From Hydrolagus affinis (lineage: Eukaryota), in the NCBI GenBank assembly GCA_012026655.1, contig JAAILG010000745.1, positions 1 to 64,000 of the forward strand: a stretch of DNA of 64,000 nucleotides. The letters are read 5' to 3'. Under the pieces are notes generated by a model. The model had not been told where the DNA came from, made no database searches, and saw only the letters and a list, made by a program, of their open reading frames with translations. The position numbers and the translations under genes are program-made. Positions 1 through 10,636 of the stretch are shown in pieces (the stretch's first letter is position 1; each line of letters begins with the position of its first letter).

Positions 1-265
1 AAGTAGAGGGGAGCTGAGGAGAAATTTTTTCACTCAGCGAGTTGTTCGAATCTGGAATGCATTGCCTGAAAAGGTGGTGGAGGCTGATTCGATAACAACT
101 TTTAAAAGGGAATTAGATCTTTATTTAGGGAGAACAGGTCTATTAGGCTATGGGGAGCAGGCAGGGCAGTGAGATTGAATCGCTCTTTTCAAAGAGCCGG
201 CACAGACTAGATGGGCCGAATGGCCTCCTTTTGTGCCGTAAAATTCTATGAATCTATGAATCTAT
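1..265 (+). mobile_element. CR1-clade LINE 3' end (ORF2 C-terminus, 3' UTR and tail)
   Basis: Frame 2..172 reads RGELRRNFFTQRVVRIWNALPEKVVEADSITTFKRELDLYL...GYGEQAGQ*, a typical CR1 ORF2 C-terminus. It is followed by GATGGGCCGAATGGCCTCCT and an ATTCTATG/AATCTATG tail. Confidence 0.95.
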
Positions 266-273
266 AAAAGTGG

Positions 274-340
274 TACAAATAGAAACCCTCATTATAATGA
301 AGTTTCGGTAACCGGGCGTTCGATAAGCGGGGTCTACCTA
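274..340. mobile_element. Possible tiny Tigger/Tc1-mariner-like MITE remnant
   Basis: Degenerate inverted ends TACAAATAGAAACCCTCATTATA ... GATAAGCGGGGTCTACCTA resemble the TIRs at 40208-40752. Confidence 0.35.
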
Positions 341-622
341 CTTAACTATTGGAATAGGTTATCAGTGAGAATGGTTTAAGCCATTTAGAAGTGAGTTAAC
401 CACAACTTGGAACTGTACTGGAGAGACCCAAGGTTGATGTGCTGAAAGGATCAGATCAAAAGGCCTAAAAGGTTTTTTTTCAACTCAACCTCAGTTATGA
501 TTCCTAGTTACAAAAGGCCAGAAAAAGTACAACAACAATCATTTGATATGGTGTCTTATCGTGCCATTGATATATCTCAAAACGCTTCACAGGATTTTTG
601 CTATAAAGTGTAGTGAATGTGT

Positions 623-824
623 GACAAAAACAGAAGTTGCTAGGGAAACTCAGCAGGTCAGGCAGCATCCATGGAGAAAGGAAAAAGAGTCAATGTTTCG
701 GGTCTACAACCCTTCGTCAGAACTGGGGCTTGTTCCTTTCTCCATGGATGCTGCCTGACCTACCGAGTTTCCCCAGCAACTTCTGTTTTTGTTTCAGATT
801 CCCAGCACTGTAGTATTTTGTGTT
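623..824 (-). mobile_element. Penelope-like element terminal (pseudo-LTR) fragment with inverted duplication
   Basis: 60-bp inverted arms at 624-683 and 733-792 (57/60 match), a hammerhead motif in the loop, and the flanking 12-bp direct repeat TAGTGAATGTGT at 611-622 and 825-836. Confidence 0.8.
688..724 (-). ncRNA. Minimal type I hammerhead ribozyme motif (Penelope-type), possibly inactive
   Basis: The minus strand reads AGUU-CUGACGA-A-GGGUU-GUA-GACCC-GAAA-CAUU-GACU. It has both core boxes (CUGANGA, GAAA), a 5-bp stem II and a 4-bp stem I. Stem III is reduced and reads ACAU rather than the palindromic ACGU. Confidence 0.7.
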
Positions 825-1395
825 TAGTGAATGTGTTGTTTGTAGGCAAACCTGACAGCCAATTTGTGCACAGCTATTCCCCGCAAAGATCTGTGAACCT
901 GAATGGTCAATTTTATCTGGGGTGGGGGGCATTGGTCAATACACCGGGAGACATTCACTTCTCTTTTCGAATAGTACCATAGGATCTATAATACCCACCT
1001 GATCATGCACACTTGACCCCCAGTTTAACATCTCATCCAAAGGAAGACATCCCTAATAATGCACTGAATGAACAATTGTATCTGAGTGGGAGGGGATTTT
1101 TGGCAAGGTTGATTCCCAATGAGAAGGCCAAAGTCCACTGTCGTAGAAGGAGGATTCGCGAGTGGGGTGGGGGAAATGTGAATTGTCATAATTAAATGTG
1201 AGCTGATAACATTACCGGTAACAATTAGCACATCATATTCCCCCCTCCCACCACCACCCCCACCTCAACAATATTATGATGCAACAAAGAAAAAAATCAA
1301 ATAGAAAGCGACGTGTAGACTCAGAGTTCTCCCCTAAATACACCTTGTTGTTTGTTTCCATTCAAACTGAATCAGTACTTAAAGTGATCTGAACT

Positions 1396-1588
1396 ATAAT
1401 AATAATTAATCTTACCCCTGGAAAAGCCTTCTGCTGATTGACTAACAACTGGGTTCCTACTTACTGCTAGGTAAACAGAGGCGTGTGGAGTAAGGAAACT
1501 TGCTCAATAATTTGCTCTGCCGGGAATGGAGCCCAGGTCTCTCGCTTGCGAGGCGAGCGTGCTAAACACTGAGCAACAGGACGCCACA
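1396..1588 (-). mobile_element. Young tRNA-SINE (family A), head plus CORE-like part, long variant
   Basis: The reverse complement reads GTGGCGTCCTGTTGCTCAGTGTTTAGCAC...CCTGGGCTCCATTCCCGG...GCAAGTTTCCTTACTCCACACGCCTCTGTTTACCTAGCAGTAAGTAGG. Confidence 0.9.
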
Positions 1589-3290
1589 AGTTTAGAACTT
1601 TAGATCTTTGTGAACTAACCTTTTTCTGTTTAAAATTGAAAGGCGTAAAAGAAGCACAATGCAGTGCCTGTAATACAATGCATCACCAATTTTGAAAGGA
1701 GGAGGGGAATAAATAATTACAAAAGTGGAGAAATGGTTAGGTGAGGCCAAGGCTGCATATATAGAATATAAGTCTATAAGTCAAGTCTATAAAGGACATG
1801 AGGTGATGGTGATGATGATCCAGTTTGGGCAGCTTTGTGTGAGGAATTTTTGTTACTTCTTTATCTTTCGGTTGCTGTGCACAATTGGCTGCCGTATTTT
1901 GCCCACAATATATACAGTCAATTATCTTTACTATATATGATGAGGGGTTTAATCTACAAATGGGTGGTCGAGCACCAATTGGGGATTTCCAAAAGTCTCC
2001 AAAGCGTGAGAAAGTCAAACACCATCTCACTCAGGGAGCCGTCCAGCTCACTTCCCAATCCTTCCTTGCACCCTCGACAATCTCCGACCTTGAGGCCGAG
2101 AGTGCAGGCTCAAATTGAAGCTTCCAACGCCTTCTGTTAATATCACAAATTAAAACTCCCAGACTATTCTTCACCAGCTGAACAAAATCTTTTCAAATGT
2201 ACGAGGATCATAAGTTGGCCGAATCTTTGTTTATAAGATTCGTTCCAACAAAAAAATGACAAAGAAATCAATAGGTAATTCCTTTCCTTTAAAAAACACT
2301 TGTGTCTCCAAAATGATTTAGTGCCTGCAAAATGTGTAATAGAAACTGCAATAGAAAGACATAATACTTTAATTGAATCATCATTGTACACCTACACTGT
2401 ATTTTTGTTGTGAATATAATGACTATTGAAAGTTTATTTTTTGTAAAGCGAAATTAATTCAAATTAATTTTCCCTTTAATGTCTTTACCCATCTGTGTAA
2501 ATATAACAAAAATCCATGATTTTATTGCTATGGTCTTGTCCTGTTTTACCAGAAGCTTCAGATTGTGCAACTGAAAATAAACTAGAAATAGCAGTGGGGT
2601 GGAGAGGGGGGAGCGGGCGGTGAGGGAATAGTGCCATATGCAATGTGATAATTATCACATCAAATTTTTCCACATTTCCCCCCCTAGACTGCAATAAAAT
2701 AACACAGTGCATATGTTACCAGATAGTTGTTTTGCTCAAGTGCCACATAGCTAGCTATGCAAGTCATCCAATAAATTTGGAAGCTAAATCTGTTTGCAGG
2801 CAACCGTGAAAATCATGTGAGGGTGCACAGGTGCAAGCGTGTTCCTCAGGCATCGTAAAGATTATTACTATTATGTTTAATATTGGTCATGTTGAGTATA
2901 TCTGAGTGTGTTGGAGGTAGATCCACTGCTACACAGTTCTCAATAGAATATGTGAAGCCCAACCCATGGCAATTCATTCTAGTTCCCAGTTGGAGGGATG
3001 CTGCATTTTATACTGAACAAAATAATAAATATCCCACTATCCCAGCAGTCAAAAGTCATGATCTATGAAGTGGAGGTCAGTTTGACCCACAAAATATCCA
3101 GTCAATTCACTTTACAGTCTATTCTGTGAAGCACATTCAGTGTGATAAATGTTGAACACATCACTAAAGTGACCACAATATTCACCACAATCTGGCCAGA
3201 TGAAACAATATATGGCTTGTCCTGTAAGATCTCACAATCCTCTCTATATTAATCATGCTTTACTTACTTAGTTTTAGTGAGATACCTGTG

Positions 3291-3420
3291 CACTGGGAAG
3301 CAATGGAATTAATCAGTAATACTGCGAGGCATTGGTATAGCATTCAGAATCATTGGGAAACACTGGATAATATTGAATAGAATTGGGCAGCACTGAACAG
3401 CAGTGGGTAATATGAGGTAA
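3291..3420. repeat. Degenerate 10-bp-period tandem repeat
   Basis: About 13 units resembling CAYTGGRNAR (cactgggaag, cattgggaaa, cactggataa, aattgggcag, cactgaacag, cagtgggtaa). Confidence 0.6.
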
Positions 3421-4494
3421 CAAAAAAAAACTCAGTCTCTACATTATTTAGGTTGGTTCAGTTACAACAAGAACAACAAAATTACACTGGCATAGCGTGT
3501 TTTACGTTGGGAGGACGTCCCAAGATGCTGATGATCAAATGCATCAAATATTCACAAAACATATGGTCAATTCACTTTACAGTATATTTTGTGAAGTACT
3601 TTGAGACGTCTTGAAGATGTGATAAGACGCCATATCAAATGGAAGGATTATTATTGTTGTTGTCATGGTATGCAGCACACATGGCACATTGCAAACATTA
3701 CATTGCGATAGGGAATGAGCCTTACCGAGTTACTTGTAGATAGTCCCGGTGATCAGTTTTATTGCCTGGTATAAGTATCTGGGTTGCAGATTGCGGTTGT
3801 GTCTGCCACCGCATGCCACAGCTCTGTGAGCTGTCACAGTAACTGTCAGTGCTAGTCATACCATGTAGGGGTTGTTGCCAGTCAGATGCTCTCAGTGGGT
3901 CAAGAATGGGGACCAGGGAGCAGACTCCTGACTCAGTCTCAGTGAGCACACAATCTTCTCGGATCGGTCACATTCCATAGTTGCTAAACCCACCATGGAG
4001 CGGATAATATCCGCCTGACACCACCTCAGTGCCGTACCAACACCCTCAGGGAAAGAAACCCAGCACTTGGGACCAGTGGGTCTGTATGAGAAAGACAAGG
4101 AAGGAATGCAATGTGACAGATTGTGTAATTTTATTGAAGTTATTTGTTAAAGAATGCTTCATGGCTGCTGGTGGGATATTGATGTGCGCACATCGGCTGC
4201 TGTGTTTGCCCACACGATCTTTACACTTTACAGTAAAACCAATGAAACACTTTGAGACGTCTTCCCAACATGACAAGTCACTATATCAAGAGTAGGAAAT
4301 TGCTATTATTAACATTTATAAGAAAGTTAAATGTTCCAGTACCTCAAACGAAAGACACATTGTAAACTAGTATAAAGCAGGACAATTTGTTAATTAGTTT
4401 TGGATTTGAAGAGAAATTATGCAAATACTGCATTTGTTTTACTTAGATAGAAAATGTAAGCCCTGTATGTTATACCACAGGTCATGATGATATA

Positions 4495-4807
4495 TAATAA
4501 TAATACTTGCATTTGATATAGTGCTTTTCATGTCTTCCAGAAATCTCAAAGTGTTTCAGATAATACTGTATACTGTAAAGTGAATTGTCTATTTGTTGGT
4601 GAAATGAGGCATCCAATTGCGCACAGCAGTGTCACACAAACAGTCATGGATTGAAATGACCAATTTATTATTGTTATTTATTGATGAGGGACTTTTAAAA
4701 TTAGACATGGAGTATGAAAACTTGCCCAAGATTTTGCCCTGTCGTGAATCAAACCCAGGTCTCTCACTTGCGAGGAGAATCCTCTAACCACTGAGCTACA
4801 CGACTCC
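4495..4807 (-). mobile_element. SINE family A, near full length, short variant
   Basis: tRNA head with A/B boxes at 4745-4807, Deu-like 3' segment, L2-like tail and (TTA)n end on the minus strand. Confidence 0.9.
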
Positions 4808-5459
4808 ATTGTACATCATATTATAGTGAGTGCCAATAGTGTGGTGTATGGTGTGATGTGGTGATGTCTGAACAGAAGATTATGATCACGTTATAAAATG
4901 CGCTGATCATTGATACTTTAACAGTGTTTCTAGTTTTAATACCATAGCTTTGAGTGTTCATTAATAATGCATTATATTTAACTACTGAAATGTCTATTTA
5001 AATGCCATGTTTTAAATTGATTTACCCAATAAAATGATTCTGCAGTACGTGCATATTACTCTCTTGTTTCTTTCCCCCAACTGTTAACAGTCTTTTATAA
5101 CCAGGTCTCTGCTGCTAAATAATATGTCAGGGAGGATAACGAAGGAAGAAAGAATAGGAATAACAGGAACATAATATGTTGGAATTAGCCATCTGAATTT
5201 GGTTTGGGGAAAGGGAAAGTGGAAGAGAAAAATTGCAAAGGTATTTTGGCAGACAGTTCAGGTTGAGTTAAAATGAACATAGATACCATGCTGAGGCTGG
5301 AAAAGGACTCGAACAGGTAAATCATTCATGGTGTGAGCGACTCCTGGGGAAAGGATATTACATAAAGTGTGTCTCATGCAAGGATGTAAAGTGCGTCTCA
5401 TGCATACATTGTAAGAACTCTGGTCCATGATGATATAGGGTCAGAATCAAAGCCTTGTG

Positions 5460-5900
5460 AATTTCCCATCATCCATAGGATCCAATTCAAGATCCTGGTC
5501 CTCACATTTAAAGCCCTCCACAACCTCGCCCCACCCTACATCCGTGACCTCCTATCTCCTTACCAACCTGCCCGCCTCCTCCACTCAGCAGGCTCTGGCT
5601 TGCTCCACATCCCTCGACCCAGCCGTCCCACCATTGGTAGGCAAGCCTTCAGTCACTCTGCCCCCAACCTCTGGAACTCCATCCCGAGGTCCCTCCACCT
5701 TGCCACCTCCCTGGCCTCCTTCAAGTCTCGCCTCAAGACTCTCAGCTTCGATGGACCCATTGGCAACTCCTAATCCCCCACTTTCCACCCACCCCGCCCT
5801 GGCCTCAGTTCAGGTCTGCAGCAGTAACTGTCCAGTGCCTTGGGACACCCTCCTGATGTGAAAGGCACTATACAAGTGTAATTTTGTTGTTGTTGTTGCT
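5460..5900 (+). mobile_element. L2 LINE 3' fragment
   Basis: Encodes RIQFKILVLTFKALHNLAPPYIRDLL...GRQAFSHSAPNLWNSIP (L2 ORF2 C-terminus) and ends GTGAAAGGCACTATACAAGTGTAATTT(TTG)n. Confidence 0.9.
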
Positions 5901-6124
5901 GAGACTTACATCGAGATCCCTGGAAAAGATGTGCTTTACATCGCAAAGCCCTTTTCCAGAGCTTCCATCATTCATGCTGTTGTTTTGCCATGGGAGCGCT
6001 TTCTCAAACCTGAACAGAATTTGCACTGAGCCATCATGCTCCAGTTGGTAAAGATATGGAAATAATTCACACAGACCTGGAATGTCCAAGGTTCAATATG
6101 CTCAGTGGACTCTGGCCTGCTCCA

Positions 6125-6400
6125 TGGCCTGGTCTAGCCCTCCGCATTATTGGTGGTCAGGCCTTCAGCCTCTCTGCCCTATCCTTTGGAACTGCATCCC
6201 ATAGTTCCTTACCTTGCTCCCTTCCATGCCATCTTGAAGGCATATTTCTTCAACAGTGCCTTCGGACACTCTCTTACCCCTACCCTCCCTGCCCTCTACC
6301 TTCCCTGATCCCAACCACCAGCTCAGGTGCAAATATTTCACTGTATGGTGCCTTGTGACATCCTCCTGATATTAAAGATGCTACACAAATGTAATTTGAT
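6125..6400 (+). mobile_element. Older L2 LINE 3' fragment
   Basis: TGGTGGTCAGGCCTTCAGCC...TGGAACT motif and a tail AAAGATGCTACACAAATGTAATT homologous to 5630-5890. Confidence 0.75.
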
Positions 6401-6799
6401 ATAGTTGATCGCAGCACTGTGGTGGGTTAGTTGATCATAGAAGTAGGAATGAAATAATTGGAGTTATTATGCCATGGTTAGGTTCTTTCCATTCAGTGCC
6501 CTGTAGGAAAGTGTTTTTAAATAGATTTTAAATAGTGAATGAGACATGATTGGGCTGGGCTGCTGTGCTCCCAGGGTCACATAGAAAGCTAACATTTGCT
6601 GAACAGTAGATATGGGGCAAGTTAGCAGTAGGATAGTGTCTATTGAGCCACCAAGGTCATTCAAGGTTTTACCAGTGGAAAGGACAACAATAGAAGGGAA
6701 TAAAACGTTTCACTTTATTGGTGTAACCTGTGATTGAGAGAGAATAATTGTACTAAAGGCAATTTAGAAAAAACAGTGTCTAGATTGAGACTCACTGCT

Positions 6800-7025
6800 G
6801 GGGAGAGATGGGTCTAGTTTCGCTCTTAGAGCAGCCAGAATTTGGCAAATGGTTGAATTCAGCCTTAACCTTGAAGTACTTTTCTTTCTCTCGTTCTGAA
6901 AATAACTCATAGTAAACAGGCTTCAAATTTAAGGCTGTGTTTAACAAGTTGCCAAATTTTCTGGAGGTTCTAAAATGTTGCATAACTCGAGCAAATCTGC
7001 ACTTAGGTGAAATTTCTCTCCACCT
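6800..7025. repeat. Palindromic (hairpin) MITE-like element, family H
   Basis: Inverted arms CCAGAATTTGGCAAATGGTTGAATTCAGCCTTAA / TTAAGGCTGTGTTTAACAAGTTGCCAAATTTTCTGG; homologous to 56761-57006. Confidence 0.75.
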
Positions 7026-7351
7026 CTGCATTGGGTTATTTATATATAAGAATGTTCAATTTCAAACAAATTACAGGAAAGGAGAAGAACTGCTTTGACC
7101 TTGTGCACACCTATGTTTTGTGATTTTCTTTGAAGCTGAAAGCCTACATATGTTAGGCATGTGTCTTTTCTCTGTTGTATCAGTGTGTACCTCTAATGAC
7201 CCTGACAAGTCTGAACATATGTTTGTAGAGAGGAGAAGGGGGAGTGCAAGGGACAGGATAAAGCTCTAAACACAAATGTATTACTTCTAAACCCTGTGTG
7301 CGTAGCCATATCAAAATACAATACATCTAAAAGGCCTGTGGATGTTTTTCC

Positions 7352-7376
7352 TTCTTCTTCTTCTTCTTCTTCTTCT
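7352..7376. repeat. (CTT)n microsatellite
   Basis: About 8 perfect CTT units. Confidence 0.95.
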
Positions 7377-8566
7377 ACTTTCTCTAGAGAGCTAAGTTGC
7401 TGAGCGCTTATTCACAGCGATCCCATTACTTTTGAAGATGTCCAGATGGATTGATTTCCTTTTCACTGACAGCATCCGAAAATGGAAGAAACATGAGATT
7501 GTGCATTGAGCAGAACTGGCTTGGCTGTATCTTGGGTTCTGGCACTCTGCCCTAACCAAGCAATACAACCTCTTCTTCTGACCTGACCAAACTGCCACTG
7601 TCTGCAACGCTGTCAGAGGGAATGGAGATAAATAGCAAGAGTGAATTAAGTGAGGAAACACCCTTTCTTTGAGGAAGAAACTAGCTGCTGTAAATTCTCA
7701 ACAGCCGCCACCATGATTTATACTGATTACGCAGCAAATGGCTTTTATCGACGCTAATAGACCACAAAGAAATTTTTCAGTGTGTTTTAATAAAAGAGTG
7801 ATTTATTGGCTTGGAAGTGCTCGCACCATTCCTAAAATTACACGGCATCAACAAAAACATGGCAAGGAAAGCAGGAAAAATGCCACTGATAAGAAGAATT
7901 TGTTCCAGAAGCTAGAGCTGTACTGATACCATTTTGACCCTCTCCCCCTCCAAGCAAAAACCTCCTTGCTATACAGATATTTGTATTAGTGGGTTTCCAT
8001 AGTTCAGTCAACTTCATTTGCCAAAAACGATGAATCATCAGGTTGGATTAGCAACACAGCTGCACTCCCCTGCATTGAGGGTCAGGGAGTTATTCTGTTG
8101 TGTTTTAATTAGCATTGCTCACTTTCTACTGAATATCACCATGGTTTAAAATGAAAATGCAATGTCCCATAGTAACCAAACCATAGATTTCCACCTACTC
8201 ACCTTCCACCCCCGCCCCCACCCCACCACCCCCCATCTCACCCTCCCTCCTACCTCAATTTGGGTTTATTTTGCAAAGCTGCAATTTTAAGTATAAACCT
8301 GATGTTAATGTTGACTGGTACAAACACAACTATTTTGCAGGTAATAAATCTTATGGTAAAAAGATCTCAAGCATGTTGCAATGTATTTGGTACCATTCTG
8401 CCCCCGATCCTGTGTCAGTGCACTCTGAAGGCAGAGGACTCATGCGCAAAACAATTGTCAAGCAGGGCTGTCTGCATTTCATGTAGTCGTAATGATAATT
8501 CTTCCCTTTGGTTTAAGGGAGTTATCATGCCATCTAAACTTCTGAATGTTCAGGACTTACTCTTGT

Positions 8567-9100
8567 GGAGTTCTGTAGATCAGTGGTTAGAGCACTCACC
8601 TTACAAGTGAAAGACCTGGGTTCAATTCCCGTCAGGGCAAAACCTTAGGCAAGTTTATAATAATATAATAATAATAATAATCCTTGCATTTGATATAGCG
8701 CTTTTCACATCTTATTGACGTCCCAAAGCGCTTCACGGAATATACTGTAAAGTGAATTGACTGTATATTTGTGGGCGAATCGCGGCAGCCAATTGCGCAC
8801 AGCAGTGTCCCACAAACAGTCGTGGATTGAAATGCCCAATTTTATTATTGTGGTTCTTTTGGAGGGATTATTATTAGGCATTTCCTTACTGCACACACCT
8901 AATAATCCCTCAAAAAAAATTGATCATTTCAATCCATGACTGTGGGACACTGCTCTGCGCAATTTGCTGCTGCATTTCGCCCACATATATACAGTCAATT
9001 CACTTTACAGTACATTCTGTGAAGCGCTTTGAGATGCCTAGAAGACGTGAAAAGCGCTATATCAAATGCAAGAATTTTTTGTATGTTTATTATTATTATT
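8567..9100 (+). mobile_element. SINE family A full copy, split by an inverted copy of the same family
   Basis: The head at 8567-8656 ends ...GGCAAGTTT and resumes TTTCCTTACT at 8881, continuing to the TTA tail. Confidence 0.9.
8657..8880 (-). mobile_element. 5'-truncated SINE family A copy nested in antisense
   Basis: (AAT)n-CCTTGCATTTGATATAGCGCTTTTCAC...GGAGGGATTATTATTAGGC is the reverse complement of the family 3' half. Confidence 0.92.
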
Positions 9101-10189
9101 GAATGTAGTAACTACATTTTGTAGTTATGCAATTTGCTCACAGTAATGTCCCACGAACAGTCATGAAGTGAAGACCGACAGAAACTCCCTTCTGTTTTCA
9201 CCTAGTGGCTTTGCATCTTCAATAGGTAATGACAAAACTACATAGATCTCCTTTGGAGGAGGTGGGTGGGGGTGGCAATCTGATGTTACAGGTTGTTTGC
9301 CTTGTGCAGATTTAAATTTTTTTGTTGAATGCCAGTAATTTCAGAACGTCCTACAATTGAACATTTTGCTTCGTAAAAGGCAGTGGCCAGGTTTCTGAAG
9401 AGGAATTCTGTTTTCTTCTTGTGTCAGGTCTTATATTATCGATTTTGTTTTCCTGGTAATGATGTGAATGCTGACTCCTGACCTTTCACTCTGACAAAAT
9501 GAAATGCTGCACACAGACTGTGTACCTTGGCAGAAGATTTTCTTTGAAACATCAGAACTGTTCTCAGTTGGTGCAATCTATATGCCATCATCTGCAATCT
9601 GGTGGGTGCGCTGTGTATGTTTCAAACAGGTTTGCTTTACTGCTTTAAAAATACTCTAAAGTGATACCTTAAGAGGGAAAATAAATCAAGCTACATAATA
9701 ATTCTTGCATTTGATGTAGCGCTTTTCACGTCTTCTAAACATCTCAAAGTATCACAACAACATAGTAGATACATTCTATTAAATGGAATCCCATGCCCAT
9801 GACCATATTAAAGATAAAGGCTATGTGTCAATTTCATTTCAGGCATTTTTATTTACAGTCTGTGTGTCAATCATTTCACTTTACTAGCTCATTTGGTCAC
9901 AGAAGATCCGTGGTTCAATTCTCAGTCCACACTGAGTTACTTGATTCCATTTTGACTCTGAGGGAGGAGAGAAATAAAAAAAAGCAATTGTTTACATGGT
10001 GACTTTTAAGGCGGGAAGACATTTCAAAGTGCTTCACACAGCTGAATCAGAACGGCGGTGGAGGGCCGAGAGAGAGAGAGAGATGGGGTGGGGGTGGAAG
10101 GGAGCTGAGAGGGAGGTAGATGAAGGTAGCTGAGAAGAGGGCAAACGTGTTTGCTGTCAGCTAGCAAGAATATTTTGATGAAGTAATTT

Positions 10190-10314
10190 TAAGATCATGC
10201 AGAACTGTGCAGAAATTTTAAATCCATTCGGAATTTAGAAGCCGATTTTCTGCAGTCCTTAAATAGAATTGTTTTCCGAATTAAAATTGAATTGGATTTT
10301 TATAGAATTCCATG
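10190..10314. repeat. Hairpin family H copy truncated by the assembly gap
   Basis: Its reverse complement aligns with 63433-63546 (CATGGA...TTAAGGACTGCAGAAAA...CTTC). Confidence 0.6.
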
Positions 10315-10414
10315 NNNNNNNNNNNNNNNNNNNNNNNNNNNNNNNNNNNNNNNNNNNNNNNNNNNNNNNNNNNNNNNNNNNNNNNNNNNNNNNNNNNNNN
10401 NNNNNNNNNNNNNN
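10315..10414. other. Assembly gap (100 N)
   Basis: Exactly 100 Ns, the usual placeholder for a gap of unknown size. Confidence 0.99.
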
Positions 10415-10636
10415 GGGGGGGTGATTGAGAGCTGGAGGTGGGGGGTTAGGAAGTGGAATAGGTTATTCTCCCAACATGAAAGATACTATATAAATGCAAT
10501 TTGTTGTTGACTGTTGAAACAGGCTGCTGACTGAATACTCACTGTACCTGGCTCACACATGAAGAATGATTATTTGGACGAGGTGTGGAGCGGAAGGAAG
10601 CCTGCCAGAGCCTAGGAGGAATCTTAATCCAGCAAT

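Larger units (their letters stand above)
528..1068 (-). mobile_element. Old DeuSINE copy (SacSINE1/AmnSINE2-like), 5'-truncated, interrupted by a Penelope-like insert
   Basis: The reverse strand shows Deu-type motifs (GATGAGATGTTAAAC, AGATCCTATGGTACTATTCGAAAAGAG, GCTGTGCACAAATTGGCTG) and an L2-like tail (GTGAAGCGTTTTGAGA...ATCAAAT). Confidence 0.8.

Noticed and set aside
543-982. Overlapping ORFs of 71-103 aa, with similar peptides at 60367-60737
   Set aside because: They are translations of SINE and Penelope-like terminal sequence; the recurring peptides reflect repeat homology.
3291-3420. Considered as a CRISPR-like or other repeat-spacer array
   Set aside because: The units are contiguous degenerate decamers with no unique spacers, in vertebrate DNA with no cas-like ORFs.
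7345-7435. Polypyrimidine tract plus TAG resembling a splice acceptor
   Set aside because: The tract is a (CTT)n microsatellite, and all three downstream frames stop within 16 codons.
7704-7757. Perfect Kozak-like GCCGCCACCATG opening a 14-codon ORF (MIYTDYAANGFYRR)
   Set aside because: There is no promoter, splice donor or homology support, and a single occurrence is insufficient. It is worth revisiting only if RNA-seq or Ribo-seq covers it.
8567-8640. tRNA-like sequences with A and B boxes (also at 13054, 26097, 27788, 50516 and 60266)
   Set aside because: They run directly into SINE bodies and lack a complete acceptor stem, so they are SINE heads rather than tRNA genes.
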